A DNA stretch of 64,000 nt from Geosiphon pyriformis uo1 (Eukaryota; Fungi; Glomeromycota). How positions within the stretch are numbered: the stretch's first letter is position 1; every line of letters starts with the position of its first letter. A model generated the notes under the pieces. It saw nothing but the letters and a program-made list of their open reading frames with translations. It was not told the DNA's origin and did no database searches. Below are positions 39,801 through 51,680 of this stretch, piece after piece. The stretch is from positions 62,001 to 126,000 of the forward strand of contig JAAOMT010000071.1 of NCBI GenBank assembly GCA_016748015.1, in the 5' to 3' direction. The translations under genes were made by a program, and so were the position numbers.

Positions 39801-42800
39801 CATTTAAATACAATAAAATAATAGAAAATTTTAATAAAAAACATTAGTTAACAATCAAAACTTGGGGTAAATAAAAATTAAAAATTTTGTTATTTTGTGT
39901 TTGAAAAATTCCAAAAGATAAGAATTAAATTAATAATTGGTTAACTTCAAAATATTAGTTTAAAATATTGTAAAATAAGCAAAAAAATTGGTTTAATAAA
40001 TTGTAATTATTTTAAATGTTAAAATTTTTTAATTTTATAAAATACATTTGCTAAAAAAAGTTTTTTCTATACATATTTGAATAATTTTTTTTCTTTTCAA
40101 ATATTTTTATGGCATTAATAATATAATTAAAAATATTTTATTTTTTATCTTGTTATTTATATAATTAATAGTGTTAATCAAATCAAATAAAATTATTATT
40201 TTATTTTATTTTGAACACTAACTAAGTGTGATCCAACCACTATCTACGATTACACAGCAAAAATGTTAATCTATAATATTAAATTTAATTATGTACTAAA
40301 TAATTAATAATGTATATTTAGTCATTTTATTTTTAAAATTAGTTATTGACTTGATTATTAACTTTGATCAATAATTAAATTTTTAATTTTAATTGTTAAC
40401 CAAATTATTAATAGGTTATTTGTTTTCTTTAATGCTATAAGTAAGCATTTAATAAGAAATTATTAATTTTTTCTATTTTCTGAATTTAAATATTTAAGAA
40501 AAAAAATAAAAATTTTTTTTTTGTATAATACAATATATATATATATATATATATATATTTAATGCTTTAATTAAGTAAAATTTCTTTATTATCTATTCTA
40601 GCTACAAACAATAACTATAGATGTGAATTATACATTTTCAACATATGACTAGCCACCTGACTTTTATATAGACAATACCATACAAACTTAACTATAATTA
40701 TATTACTGTTACCACTTAATCCAAGATGCTCAAACCAAAAATTTAAATAAAAAAATATATCTAATTTTTTTTGTTTTCCAAAATAACTAAGCAGACCAAG
40801 CAGAAAAACATTTATCATTGGTATTATAGTATTTTTTGTGTTAATATCTTGGGTTATAATCATATTTGTCTAATTATTTATATATATATAATAGTTTTTA
40901 GGTTAACAAATTAATATTTTTTATTATTTATAAAATATTTTGGTCTTGACATTTACTTTACATACTAAATTTATTTATATTAATTATGTATTTATTATAT
41001 TTAATCATTTTATTTTTATACTTTTTAAAATAAAAATTAATATTATTTTTATTTTTATTAAAATTAACTTAAAAAATAACAATTTTTTTTATTAATTCTC
41101 ATACAACAAAAAAAGCAAAAAAATTGAAAAATTTTTTTTTATTCAGTTTTTTTAAATTATTTTTTTTAATATATTTTTGTTTTTAAAATTAAACATAATA
41201 AGTATTTTTGTTATAAGTATAACCAAAAATAAAAATAAAACTTATTAGACAGTCTATTTTTGATTTAATAAAATTTTATATTTTAAATATTAACTTGTTA
41301 ATAATAAAAGAAAAAACTTTTAAAAAAGGTTGAAGTTTATAAAAAACATTTATTTTCTTAAAATTTTAAAAGATTATTTAATTTATGTTTAAATTTAAAT
41401 TAATAATAATACATAGTATTATTACAAATATTAATTTAAAATAATAAAATATACACATGAATTAAAAGATAATTGCCAAAAAAATTATTGTAAATATTTT
41501 TAAAAAGGCTATAAAATTAGTTTTTTCTAATTATAATAAAATAATATTAATTAAGTTATAATTTATTGGTTTATAATAAAAAGCTGTAATAAATTTGCTA
41601 ATTCTAAAATTATTAAATTAATGGTTTCTAAATAATTTTTTCTTATTGGCAAGAAGTTAATACATATAATAAAAACTAATATTAATAAAAAAATATAAAA
41701 ATTAAAAAATTGGTATTAAATTTTTTTTTATATTTTGTTAATAAGTACAATTATTTATAATTTTTTAATATTATATAATAAAAAAAACTTGTATTATTAA
41801 TTAAAATTCTATTTTATATAATTGTATTAAATACATAACAATATAATAATTAGATATAATATGTTAATAAATAACAAAAAAAGAATAATATTATATAATA
41901 ATAAAATAATAATAAAATAATTTAACTTGAATAAATAAATTAATTTAATAAGTAATATACAAAATTAGTTTTATAAATATTTTAATCTCTATTTTTTTCA
42001 AAAGATAACAAAAAATTTAAAGATAAAAAAATAATTTATATTGTTAATAAAAAATAGTAAATTAGTATAATTTTAATAAAATGTTTATTTAATATATTAT
42101 ACAAAAATTAACAATTATATAAATCAAAATAAATAGTAAAAAAGAATTAAAAAAGTTAAAATTATTGTATTGATTTTTGTTTTAAATAAATTAATTTAAA
42201 TATAAATAAATTTTTATATTTTAAAAATTTTCACTTATATATTTTTTAAAAAAAATTAATAATTAGATTAATAATCAAATTAATATTTAAGTTAATAATT
42301 ATATTAATAACTAATTTTAAAAATAGAGTGTTTAATAGATGTGACTAATTATAATAAATAAATAAATAAAACTAAAAAATAAAAGTTATAATTATAATAA
42401 CAGTTTAGAAAATACATAATTTTTGTTTTTAAAAATGTAAACTTATATTAAATTAAATTAATTTTATTTTATTGTATTAAATATAAACAGTTTAAACATA
42501 TTATATTAGAATATTTTTCTATTAAAAAAAGTTTTAACCAGATTAAAAAAAGATAATTGATTTTAATAAGCTATAATTAACATATATATGCTAGAAAACA
42601 AATTTTTATTATTTATTCTATTTTTTTGGGTAAAAAAACTTGAATACAAATTACTAAGAATATTATAATTAGTTTTTTTATAAAATTGTCTTTAATATTA
42701 ATTTATTTATAAATATTAAATCTTTTATGTTAGCTTTAAAAAGCTTGAAATTATGTTATTTTAAAAAACAAGTAAATAAGTTATACTTATTAATAAAACA

Positions 42801-44500
42801 ATTATTTATAATTTAAAATTACTTAAAATTTAAAAATTGGAAAAAATAATTAAAGATCTAATAGTTATAAATATAAATTCGAAAAAAAATAAATAATTTT
42901 GGTTTATATTAAGATTTAACAAACTATTAATAATTAATTTAATATAAAAAATTAATACTTAAAATATAAAAAAAATAAGCAATCTTGTAAAATAAGATAA
43001 TTTGTAAAATAATATAAAAATAAATAATTTAGTGTCTATTATTATTAAAATAAAATTAAAAAATTAAATTAAGTCTTGAATTATAAACAAATTTAAATAA
43101 ATTAAAATCTTTATTTCTGATTTAAATTTTGGTAATTTAAATTCTAAAATAGTGATTATTTTAAATATTCTTTTAATTAAACATATATGCAAAATTTTTA
43201 AAATATTGAACCAGTTTTTGGCAGTTTGTTTATCGTTTAGAATAAGCTTTTAATAACAATTTTGAATCTTTATGCAAAGATTCTTAAGCATAAAATTAAA
43301 AACAAAATGATAATATTAATTAAAAAACTGTTTTTATGTTAATTTGGTTTAAATAGTTTCTAAAATACATAATTTTATATATTGTATGAAAAAATTATTG
43401 AAAATACAATATAAAAATATAAACAGTTTTAAAAAAGAACAATTTAAAAAATTTTATTGTCTAAAATAATTAATATAACAAATAAGTTTGATGTATTAAA
43501 AAAAAATTTAAATGTTATATAAATTTTTATGTGTAAAATTATGTGTTTTTTTAGCAAAAAGTATTTTTAAAACATAATATTATAAATTTAAGATTTTAAA
43601 AAACAAATAGCCTTTTAAATTTTTTAGATTGAAGCATTTAATATTTAAAATTTCTAAAAATTTGAAATTAAAATTTAGTAATAAGTTAAAAAACTTTGGT
43701 TTGTATGATTAGCTTTTGATAAATCAAATATTTTAATAATAAAAGCAGGTTTTTGTGTAATATTATTAGATTAAGTTTGAAATAAAAAAAAGTTTATGAG
43801 TTTTTAAGCTTCACAAATTTCAAGTAATTAAAAAATTAAAATTAGAGTAATTATTACCAATTATATAAATAATTTTATTTATAATAAAAATTGTATAATC
43901 AAAAATATTTATTTTAAAAGATGAGTTTGGATTATTTAATTATATAAAAGTGCTAATTTTAAAGCTTAATTTGGTAAAGTTTAAGATAAATAAATTTATG
44001 AAATAATAGATTTAAAAATAAAAAATATTAAATAAGATTTTTAATTTAGTAAATAGTAATTGGACTACCCTTATTAAATAATTAAAAAATAATAAACAAT
44101 TATTAAAAATAATTAATATTTGTTATTGAATTTTAAGAAACACTATTTAAGATAGATTAACCAATATATAGCTACCAAAAAAATAAATATACAAATAAAA
44201 TAGTTTGTAAAAATTTTAAATACCAAACTATTAAAAATATAAAATAAAAGATACAAAAATTAAACAGCCAGCATTATTGAATCAATTTTAATTTAATACT
44301 TTTAACAAATATTATTATTTGTATAATATTAAAAACCTTTAAACAATATAAGAAATTACAATAAAGAAAAAATAAGATGAATTTATTTCAAGCGTTATGT
44401 AATTTATTTAATTTATTTATTTGTATTTATAATATTAATGCAATATTAATCTTTAACAATTATATTTAGGCTTGAAGTTTAGAATTTTCAGACAATATAC
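39800..44500. repeat. Extremely AT-rich block of decayed transposons, including LINE 3' ends at ~40200-40270 and ~40615-40870
   Basis: Very few G/C. AAGTGTGATCCAACCACTATCTA next to (TTTTA)n, and TAGATGTGAATTATACATTTTCAACATATGACTAGCCAC, both match the LINE terminus. Confidence 0.65.
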
Positions 44501-45454
44501 ATTTTTAATATGGCAAAAAGGGGCCAGATTTTAAAACAAATATATTAAAACAGATAAATATTAATTTAAAGAAATTGTAAATTGAAAGACAAAATATTTT
44601 GTGTATAAAAAATTAAATTTTCTTGTTGTGTATGTGTGTTATGCATTTATTCTCAAATTGTTTGCGAAATTAATTTTAATTTTATTAGTATAGAAATGTT
44701 TTTAATAGATTTGATGTTTTATAAATAAGAAAAAAATAAGCAAAATTTAATAAAAATTGAATTTGTGTTCAAAGTTGTTGGTCCAATATTAGATATAATC
44801 TTTTCTGAGACTTAACATCTTGTTTAGCTTCAATGGTAAGGATTCTGTTCCTTTGAAATAATTATCAATTAATTTTTGATTGTAAATACTTGAAAGGAAA
44901 AAAACAGTTTCAAAAGTAGCAGCAGTTGGAAAAAAAATTGATTTACAAATTATATATCAAGGAAAAATTGTGGGCTGTCATTCTGAGTGCGCTCGTAGAA
45001 TAACTTCTACTTAAGATTGTCAATAAAATGGTTGAAAACTAATTTATGCTCATGGTTTTATTACATGATCAAATAATTGGGTGTCAACTTATTAGATAAT
45101 GGGTTTGAAGGATCACTATTAAATTTTTTCAAATTAATAATGTAACTGTTTTAAAACAAACCTTTGAATCACTAAATTTCTTTAAGGTAAGAAACAAAAA
45201 TTGGTGGTGTTTATTGATGATGAATATTTATAATCCTTCTTTGAATATTAGGAAAATATTTCTAGTAAAGCAGTAGCATGGTATCTTAATCAGGATTCAG
45301 ATCCCTTTGGTAATATTTTTCATATTGAAAGAAATCCAAAACCCTATCATTGTAAAGTGAATTTCATTAGATCAACTTATTTCACCCCACAAAAAACAAA
45401 ATAAAACTCTTGTCATAGAATGAGTAGAATAATCATATTGTATCATTTCAGTAC

Positions 45455-45474
45455 NNNNNNNNNNNNNNNNNNNN
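45455..45474. other. Assembly gap (20 N) followed by a 19-nt poly-C run
   Basis: Directly visible. Confidence 0.99.
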
Positions 45475-47129
45475 CCCCCCCCCCCCCCCCCCCGAGATGA
45501 ATGAATAGGGATAAGTTGCTTTCCAGTTGCCTTGAAATGAATCCAAAGGGTGAGTAGTAAAATAAAGAATTGATATAATTTTTTGAAAGGTAATTTATTT
45601 TACCTGCTTAACTGAAAAGTGGTATGTTTCTTGAGGCCTTCTTTAACGTACTCGATAAATATAGGAGAATTAATCTTACACTGAATGTCCCTACTGGATA
45701 TTCTGAACGCAAATTGTCGGAAGAAAAAATGAGCTGTAGTCAGTTCATTAAAGATCTTTTCAAAATTATTGGTCATTTTCTAAGATATTAAAGCAAAATG
45801 CAGATTAATATAGCAACTCCTGAAAAGAATATTTCATTTGTCTATGAATGCCTTTGATGGAAGATGAGAGGTAAGTGGATATATCAAATTCAAAACTGCT
45901 TTCATGTGTGTGGGATGACGATTCGCTTTTTGCCGTATATTAAGATATATGATTTAAGTTTTGCTGTCTTTTAAAAATTAATTATGAATTTAATGAAATC
46001 GAAAAAAAAGGAACCAAGATTATTAAATTATTTATTTAAAGCACTTACATTCCAGACGTGTAGACCTTGTTGGACCACACCTACAATTCATCTTTCAAGG
46101 AAGATAAACGACGATTGATTGCTTTCAAGCGAAAGCCTGATGATTCATCTGGAAAACCATACATAATTCTCTCAAATCTCTCATCGATTAAAGCTCAAGT
46201 TCAACGTTTTTTGGTTTCCTAGCTATGCTCAAAAAAAATCGAAACGAATATATGCTGCTATAAAAGTGAAGCTCTTTAATTATCGTATTCATTTACTATC
46301 GTTGGGCTTAAAATTTTCTTCTGCGCTAAAAAATCCTGAAGCGTATCACCAGAGTGGAAGTTTTCAGAGTAATGTCATAATCAATATAGAAAGCTTAATT
46401 TATCTAAGAGTCACGTTTTAAACTTGTGAAGATTTAAGATTTAGATGGGCGGGATTTCTGTCATCAAAATCGTCATCAGTACATTAAGATTTTCAACATC
46501 AAATATATTTAAACCGGAATGTTTCAATTCAAAGAGTATATTTCCGCTCTCATAAAAACCGAACTTTTCTTAATTCACAAATGTGAAATAATTTTCTGAC
46601 ATAAGATAGTGATGGAATATTTAGTATACCTCATTTCTTCATAAGTATAATGGCTATCTACGGAATTTGTTATACCAATTTCTTAAAGGTAAACGCCATG
46701 CTGCAATTATTATTTTTTGTCGAAATATTTTGAAATAGCTTCTGGAATTAAGAGGCAATATTTTTCTTCTTTAAAATAGGAGGATCTGGCAAGGATAATT
46801 GGAGAAAGATAATCCTGAGCCAAGAGTTTTTCGGCCAAAGTATTTCATAAGATTTTACACAAAAAATTGATATATGTGACCCTAGCCTTTACACTAATTA
46901 GCCCTTTTCAAAAAAAAAATTATATCCTTTCTTGGAACTACCCTTTTTATTAAAATGAGAATCCATTAGTAAAATTTTGATCGAATACATTTGGCGAATT
47001 ACAATTGCAGCATTTGATGAACTGAATAATTAAGGAAATCGTGACAAGTTATAATAAAATTTTCATTATTTTTGATTCTTTGATCTTAAATCGTTAATAA
47101 CAACATTTTGAATTGAAAAAACAGAAGTA

Positions 47130-47714
47130 CAGTCCTGGCTGAAAGTAATGGCGGCAACACCATTAGCGTTACCTCTTTGCAGAAAAGGCCGACGCATAAA
47201 TGCTATTTTTGGTTACCTCTGATGTCATTCAACCTCTCATCTATTCCTGACGCCACTAATTTTTTCACACCCTAACCCCGTAAAATCAAACGGAGAAGTC
47301 GTAAAGTACTTTTGAAGTAATGGTCACTGCAATGCAATCGAAATCGCCAAACTAACTGGTATTCCCCTTCGTTCCTGTCAACATTACGTCGCAAAAATGG
47401 TCAACGTTGCCAGATCATTTCATTATGACAGTCGAAATCAAAGCGCTTAAAGAAATGCATCCAGGGTTCGAAATCGGCAAATAAACTGTCCGGGACAAGA
47501 TCTCAAGGCTTGGGTACATTGCTATTCTGTCCTTCACTCCAATTAAGACATCCATGTTTTTTTCTGCTGTCATCATGATATATCCCAGAACTCAACCCTG
47601 TTGATATTAATTTTTACACATAGCATTGGTATAAAGGTATCTCGAATAAAAAATCTTCTAGGTTTGTATTTAAAATCCAAACACAAAGACAGCCATTACT
47701 TTCCATCAGGACTG
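47130..47714 (+). mobile_element. Internally deleted Tc1/mariner DNA transposon with intact TIRs and TA target-site duplication
   Basis: TA|CAGTCCTGGCTGAAAGTAATGGC...GCCATTACTTTCCATCAGGACTG|TA, 20/23 TIR match. Internal transposase remnants AIEIAKLTGIPLRSCQHYVAK, TVRDKISRLGYIAIL and PELNPV. Confidence 0.88.
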
Positions 47715-48004
47715 TATATTTCCCACTTTTTTAAAACGAATGATTGAAATAGCTTATTTATTTGGGTTTGAAAGAACTTAATTATAAAAGTATTTGTGTT
47801 TTCGGAAATTAAAAGATAGCGAAAATTTTGAAACTTATCATGAATTAATTTTAAGAAAAATATTTAACTCAGAACAATAATAAGTCCATGTATTTGAGAT
47901 CCAAGTTGAACGATAATTATAAGCATGAGGGTTAGAATAAAATGGTGGGAAACCAAAAATTCAGCTATTGCTTTAAAAATTTAAATTTAAATTTGATTAA
48001 CCAA

Positions 48005-49171
48005 TTAAATTTTTCTTGACTGTTTATGAGAAACATTTCTTCGTGATAAACTGCTATTTCGGACAGGAATTTTGATTCCTTGACCAGCGAACCATCGAGT
48101 GAGTGCTGTCGTCTCTGCGTATTTACAAGATTGAATGAATAGATGATTAATTCAAATAAAGTACTATTTTTCATGAGACTTACCAATCATTCCTGGGAAT
48201 ATTTTCGCGGGATAGACCTCAAAATTTTGAGAATATGCTATTGTCAAAACATCACTAGACTTGTCTCCATTGTTGATGACTTTGCGACGATTATCTGTCA
48301 TTGGAGGAAAGTTTACAATCCTGCCGATTGTATCCGATCCCAAAGAAACGATTGATTCTCAATTCTAGATTGGGTCATCCTCAAATTTAAAAAGATAAAA
48401 TCAGACTTGAACATTACTTACATACCTATATCTATTAGACTGAAGAAAAGCTTGAAAATTCCATCGGTTCGTATACTTAAATCTGAAAATATGAAAAATA
48501 TACCCTGCAACCCTAAAAGATCATACAATAAGTATGGTGATGCAACCTTGGTTCCGATTAAGTTATTAGTTATGAGTTGATCTGGATCAACGGGAGTCGA
48601 AACAGGGTGAGGATGACCTACAACCATAGGTTGCTCAAATACATCGGCTTTCCAGAGGGCAACATGAACCACAAAAAATGAATAATTTAATTTGCTACAT
48701 AAATCAAAAAAATTTTCAATCACAATAATTTTAAAAAAGAAAATTCAAAATTTTTTGAACCACCTTGGGGTGATAAGCTCTCCTTGATGATTTTTAACCA
48801 CGAGCTTTACGATTGGTGCTGGTGAGATTGTTCTGCGATCCTATAAATTTTTGAATTAAAATTACCGAATAAATAATAGTTGCTTACTATTCAATATGAA
48901 ATTACCTTATCTCCAAAGCCACACATACGAGCACGAAAAGGCTGTTGCACAACTTCCAATTCATAAAGCCATGTTTCAGGATTTCTAGCAGCAAAAAAGG
49001 GATCAAGTTCACCAATGTGAACCAAGTCAAAATTAATAAAAGGAAAGAGAATAGTCGCATTCATTTAAAACAACTTGAAAGTTTTCATTACCCCGATTGT
49101 GTAAATGCAAGATTGGTAGCCAGGGTTGAAGAATCAGCGTAGTGATTTAGTTGATCGAATGTTGATTCCAT
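48005..49171 (-). CDS. velB: Velvet-domain transcription regulator, VelB-type, ~251 aa
   Basis: 6 exons in frame: 49171-49092, 48984-48906, 48840-48764, 48694-48422, 48320-48184, 48114-48005. Motifs YELEVVQQPFRARMCGFGDKDRR, NLIGTKVAS...GIFFIFSDLSIRTDGIFKL, FEVYPAKIFPGMIETTALTRWFAGQGIKIPVR. Confidence 0.9.
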
Positions 49172-51019
49172 AACAAAACTAGGCTTTGAGGTAACAATGC
49201 GCTATCCTTCTTCTATTATCGTTTCGGTTTTCTTCTCGAAATTCAGCCTCAGAAAAAGAATCAGGGTTCTATAGAGGGGATTCAATGAAGAAAGCTGTAC
49301 ATTTTATATTGGAATTAAAAGATTGAATGAAGAGGTTTCGGAGAATTGTGAGCATATAAGAAATTAGCCGGTTTTCGGCTTTCACTGCCAACAAAGAAAT
49401 TTTTTACTAAAAAGAGACTAAGTTATAGGTAAAGCAAAGAATACATATATCACTGTCTTTCCCCAAGCTTTAAAAATATTACAATTGATAAATTATCAGA
49501 TTGAATGTGGATGAAGAGAATGTTTTGACATGACACAAATTTTGATACGGTTAAACTTTTTCCGATTGAATTACTGTTTTTTTTTAATTTTTTAATTTTG
49601 TAAAAACATACGATATCAATCGACTCTTCTGGCTTGAAATAAAACATAGCCTTTTCGGTCACACGAAAATTTCCCCATGGAAACTTGGTATGACCGAATC
49701 AAATGTTTTGTGCTTTTTGCATTCGTGAAAATCTTTGACACACATTCATTTATAAAATATAGGTTAATCACGTTGAAGTTATGGATAACATTCATATGGG
49801 TAGCCTTTTCAAGAAGTAGATTGGTTACAAAAGGAATGGTAAATTGAGATAATATATCAGGACTAAAAATATGAAAAAACAAATTAATATTATTCAGCAT
49901 AGAGAAAATTGTGGGTGCCACACTTATTTGAGACTTTAAAAAGTCTTCTATAAAAAGGATTAAAGCGTCAAGTTCTGAAAGAGAAATAGGTTTGGTTGAT
50001 CAAATTCTTATTTCAATACTTGAGACATTATCCCTTGTATCATTGAATAAATAAACGAATCAAAGTTTTCCCAGAAACAATGATCAATTGTCTTTAATCT
50101 TGCCTTGATGCACTCTTTGCATTATAAGACACCTTTTTAAGATTACAACCTGACTGAAAACATTATCAATTGTATTTCTCGACTTTAGGCTATAAATTGT
50201 TGTTAACTTATGAGAAAAATATTTTATAGATGATTTCTCTTTGAAATTTGACTTTATCAAATTATTGTAATAATTGCATTCGCATTCGCCTCTGCATTCT
50301 TGATCTCTTGCACAGCAATATAATTTCCAGGTAAAAATAAAATAGGTTTGATTTGTTTAATTAGTCTGGTGAACAAATATGCATTTAAATTTAGCAATTT
50401 TAAAGCCATAAAAACTTTTTAAAAGTTTCTTTCAAAATAATTTTTGGATGAAAAGGTGCGAATCATTTTTCGCTCTAACAAAGATCGAGATCGGTAGGTA
50501 AAAGGTTGGAATTCAATTTTAGCTGATTCAGTTAAAGAATTTAAATGATTTGTCATTATTCAAAATTTCAAGTGGGATTTTTTGTACAACTATTTTGTGA
50601 TACTTAAAAGAAAAATTCCATAATTATTTTTGTCATTTTAATGCAAGGTTGAACCAATGAATTTTGTAATAAAGCATCCAACTTTTGTGAAAGGTAACCT
50701 CGGAAAAGGTGGTAGAATAAATTTAACCTTTTTCTTTTAGTAAATCATCACCCTCAATATATTACCTAAACAATCGATGGATTATATTATGATAGGCTTT
50801 TCTATTTAATTGATTTCCTTTTTTTATCTGGATTTTTTTGGGAGATTGATGTAATTTGTTTAATCTTAAAATCTGAATCTAGTTTATTATAAGGTTCAAA
50901 AATTATAATAAACTATTTTAAATCAAAAGATAAATAAAACAAAGAAATATCAAGTGATCAAAAGTATACAAATTACCAAAATTGATTTATTTTAAAGAAA
51001 ACAAACAAATTTAGGTTTA

Positions 51020-51459
51020 AACTATTAGAAGCATGTTTATTATGTTTTTAAACTTTTTCAGCTATTATTGGTTGTAAAAAATCATTTAAATAACAATCTT
51101 ATCATGATTACTATTAAGTTTAAAAATGCAATCTATAAATGCAAAAAAAAAAAAATTTTAGAATTTTTCCAATCGTATGAAATTGGACATCATTTCCCAT
51201 TATTGATAGGTCAACAAAACAATCACCTTAAGAGCATTCTCAATTTCAAATTCAATATCAATCTTTGAGCTGGTTACGTATTCAATTGAAACTTCCTGAG
51301 GTTGATGAACGTTAACACCACATTTTAAATCACTAGTTGGGTTACTTATAAGTTCCAATCCCCTTTTCCACATTACTTTCACCTGGAGTCATACGAATTG
51401 GCGGACGGACCATATGGCATTGCCAATGAAAAAGATCACGAAATCAATATTAATTTCAT
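51020..51459 (-). pseudogene. Degenerate secreted His-brace / LPMO-like (chitin-binding type-4-like) gene
   Basis: MKLILIS*..HWQCHMVRPPIRMTPGES, frameshift, LELISNPTSDLKCG...IDIEFEIENAL, frameshift, GDCFVDLSIMGNDVQF. This fits H..PP.R / CG / A(H)xG.C.xxLS spacing. 3' end approximate. Confidence 0.45.
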
Positions 51460-51539
51460 TATTGAGAGTGGATTAAAAGAAATTCTGTAAGAGAAATATC
51501 TCAATTCATTTGTTTGTAGAAAATGAATTTTGATGGTGA

Positions 51540-51680
51540 AAAAGAATTAATAAAAAAACTTTTTTTTTATATTTTTTTATATTTTTTAATATTTTTTATA
51601 TTTTTTATATTTTTTATATTTTTTTATATTTTTTTATATTTTTATATTTTTTATATTTTTTTATATTTTTTTATATTTTA
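51540..51680. repeat. Low-complexity (TTTTTTATA)n-like tandem tract
   Basis: Directly visible 8-10-nt units. Confidence 0.9.

Noticed and set aside
44820-45310. tRNA-like A-box (TAGCTTCAATGGTAAG) and B-box-like (GGATTCAGATCCC) strings
   Set aside because: About 470 bp apart and no cloverleaf can be formed.
45475-45493. Poly-C run as a G-quadruplex or regulatory element
   Set aside because: It abuts an assembly gap, so its length and context are unreliable.
49450-50350. Short minus-strand ORFs upstream of the velvet gene
   Set aside because: No recognisable domain or consistent exon structure.
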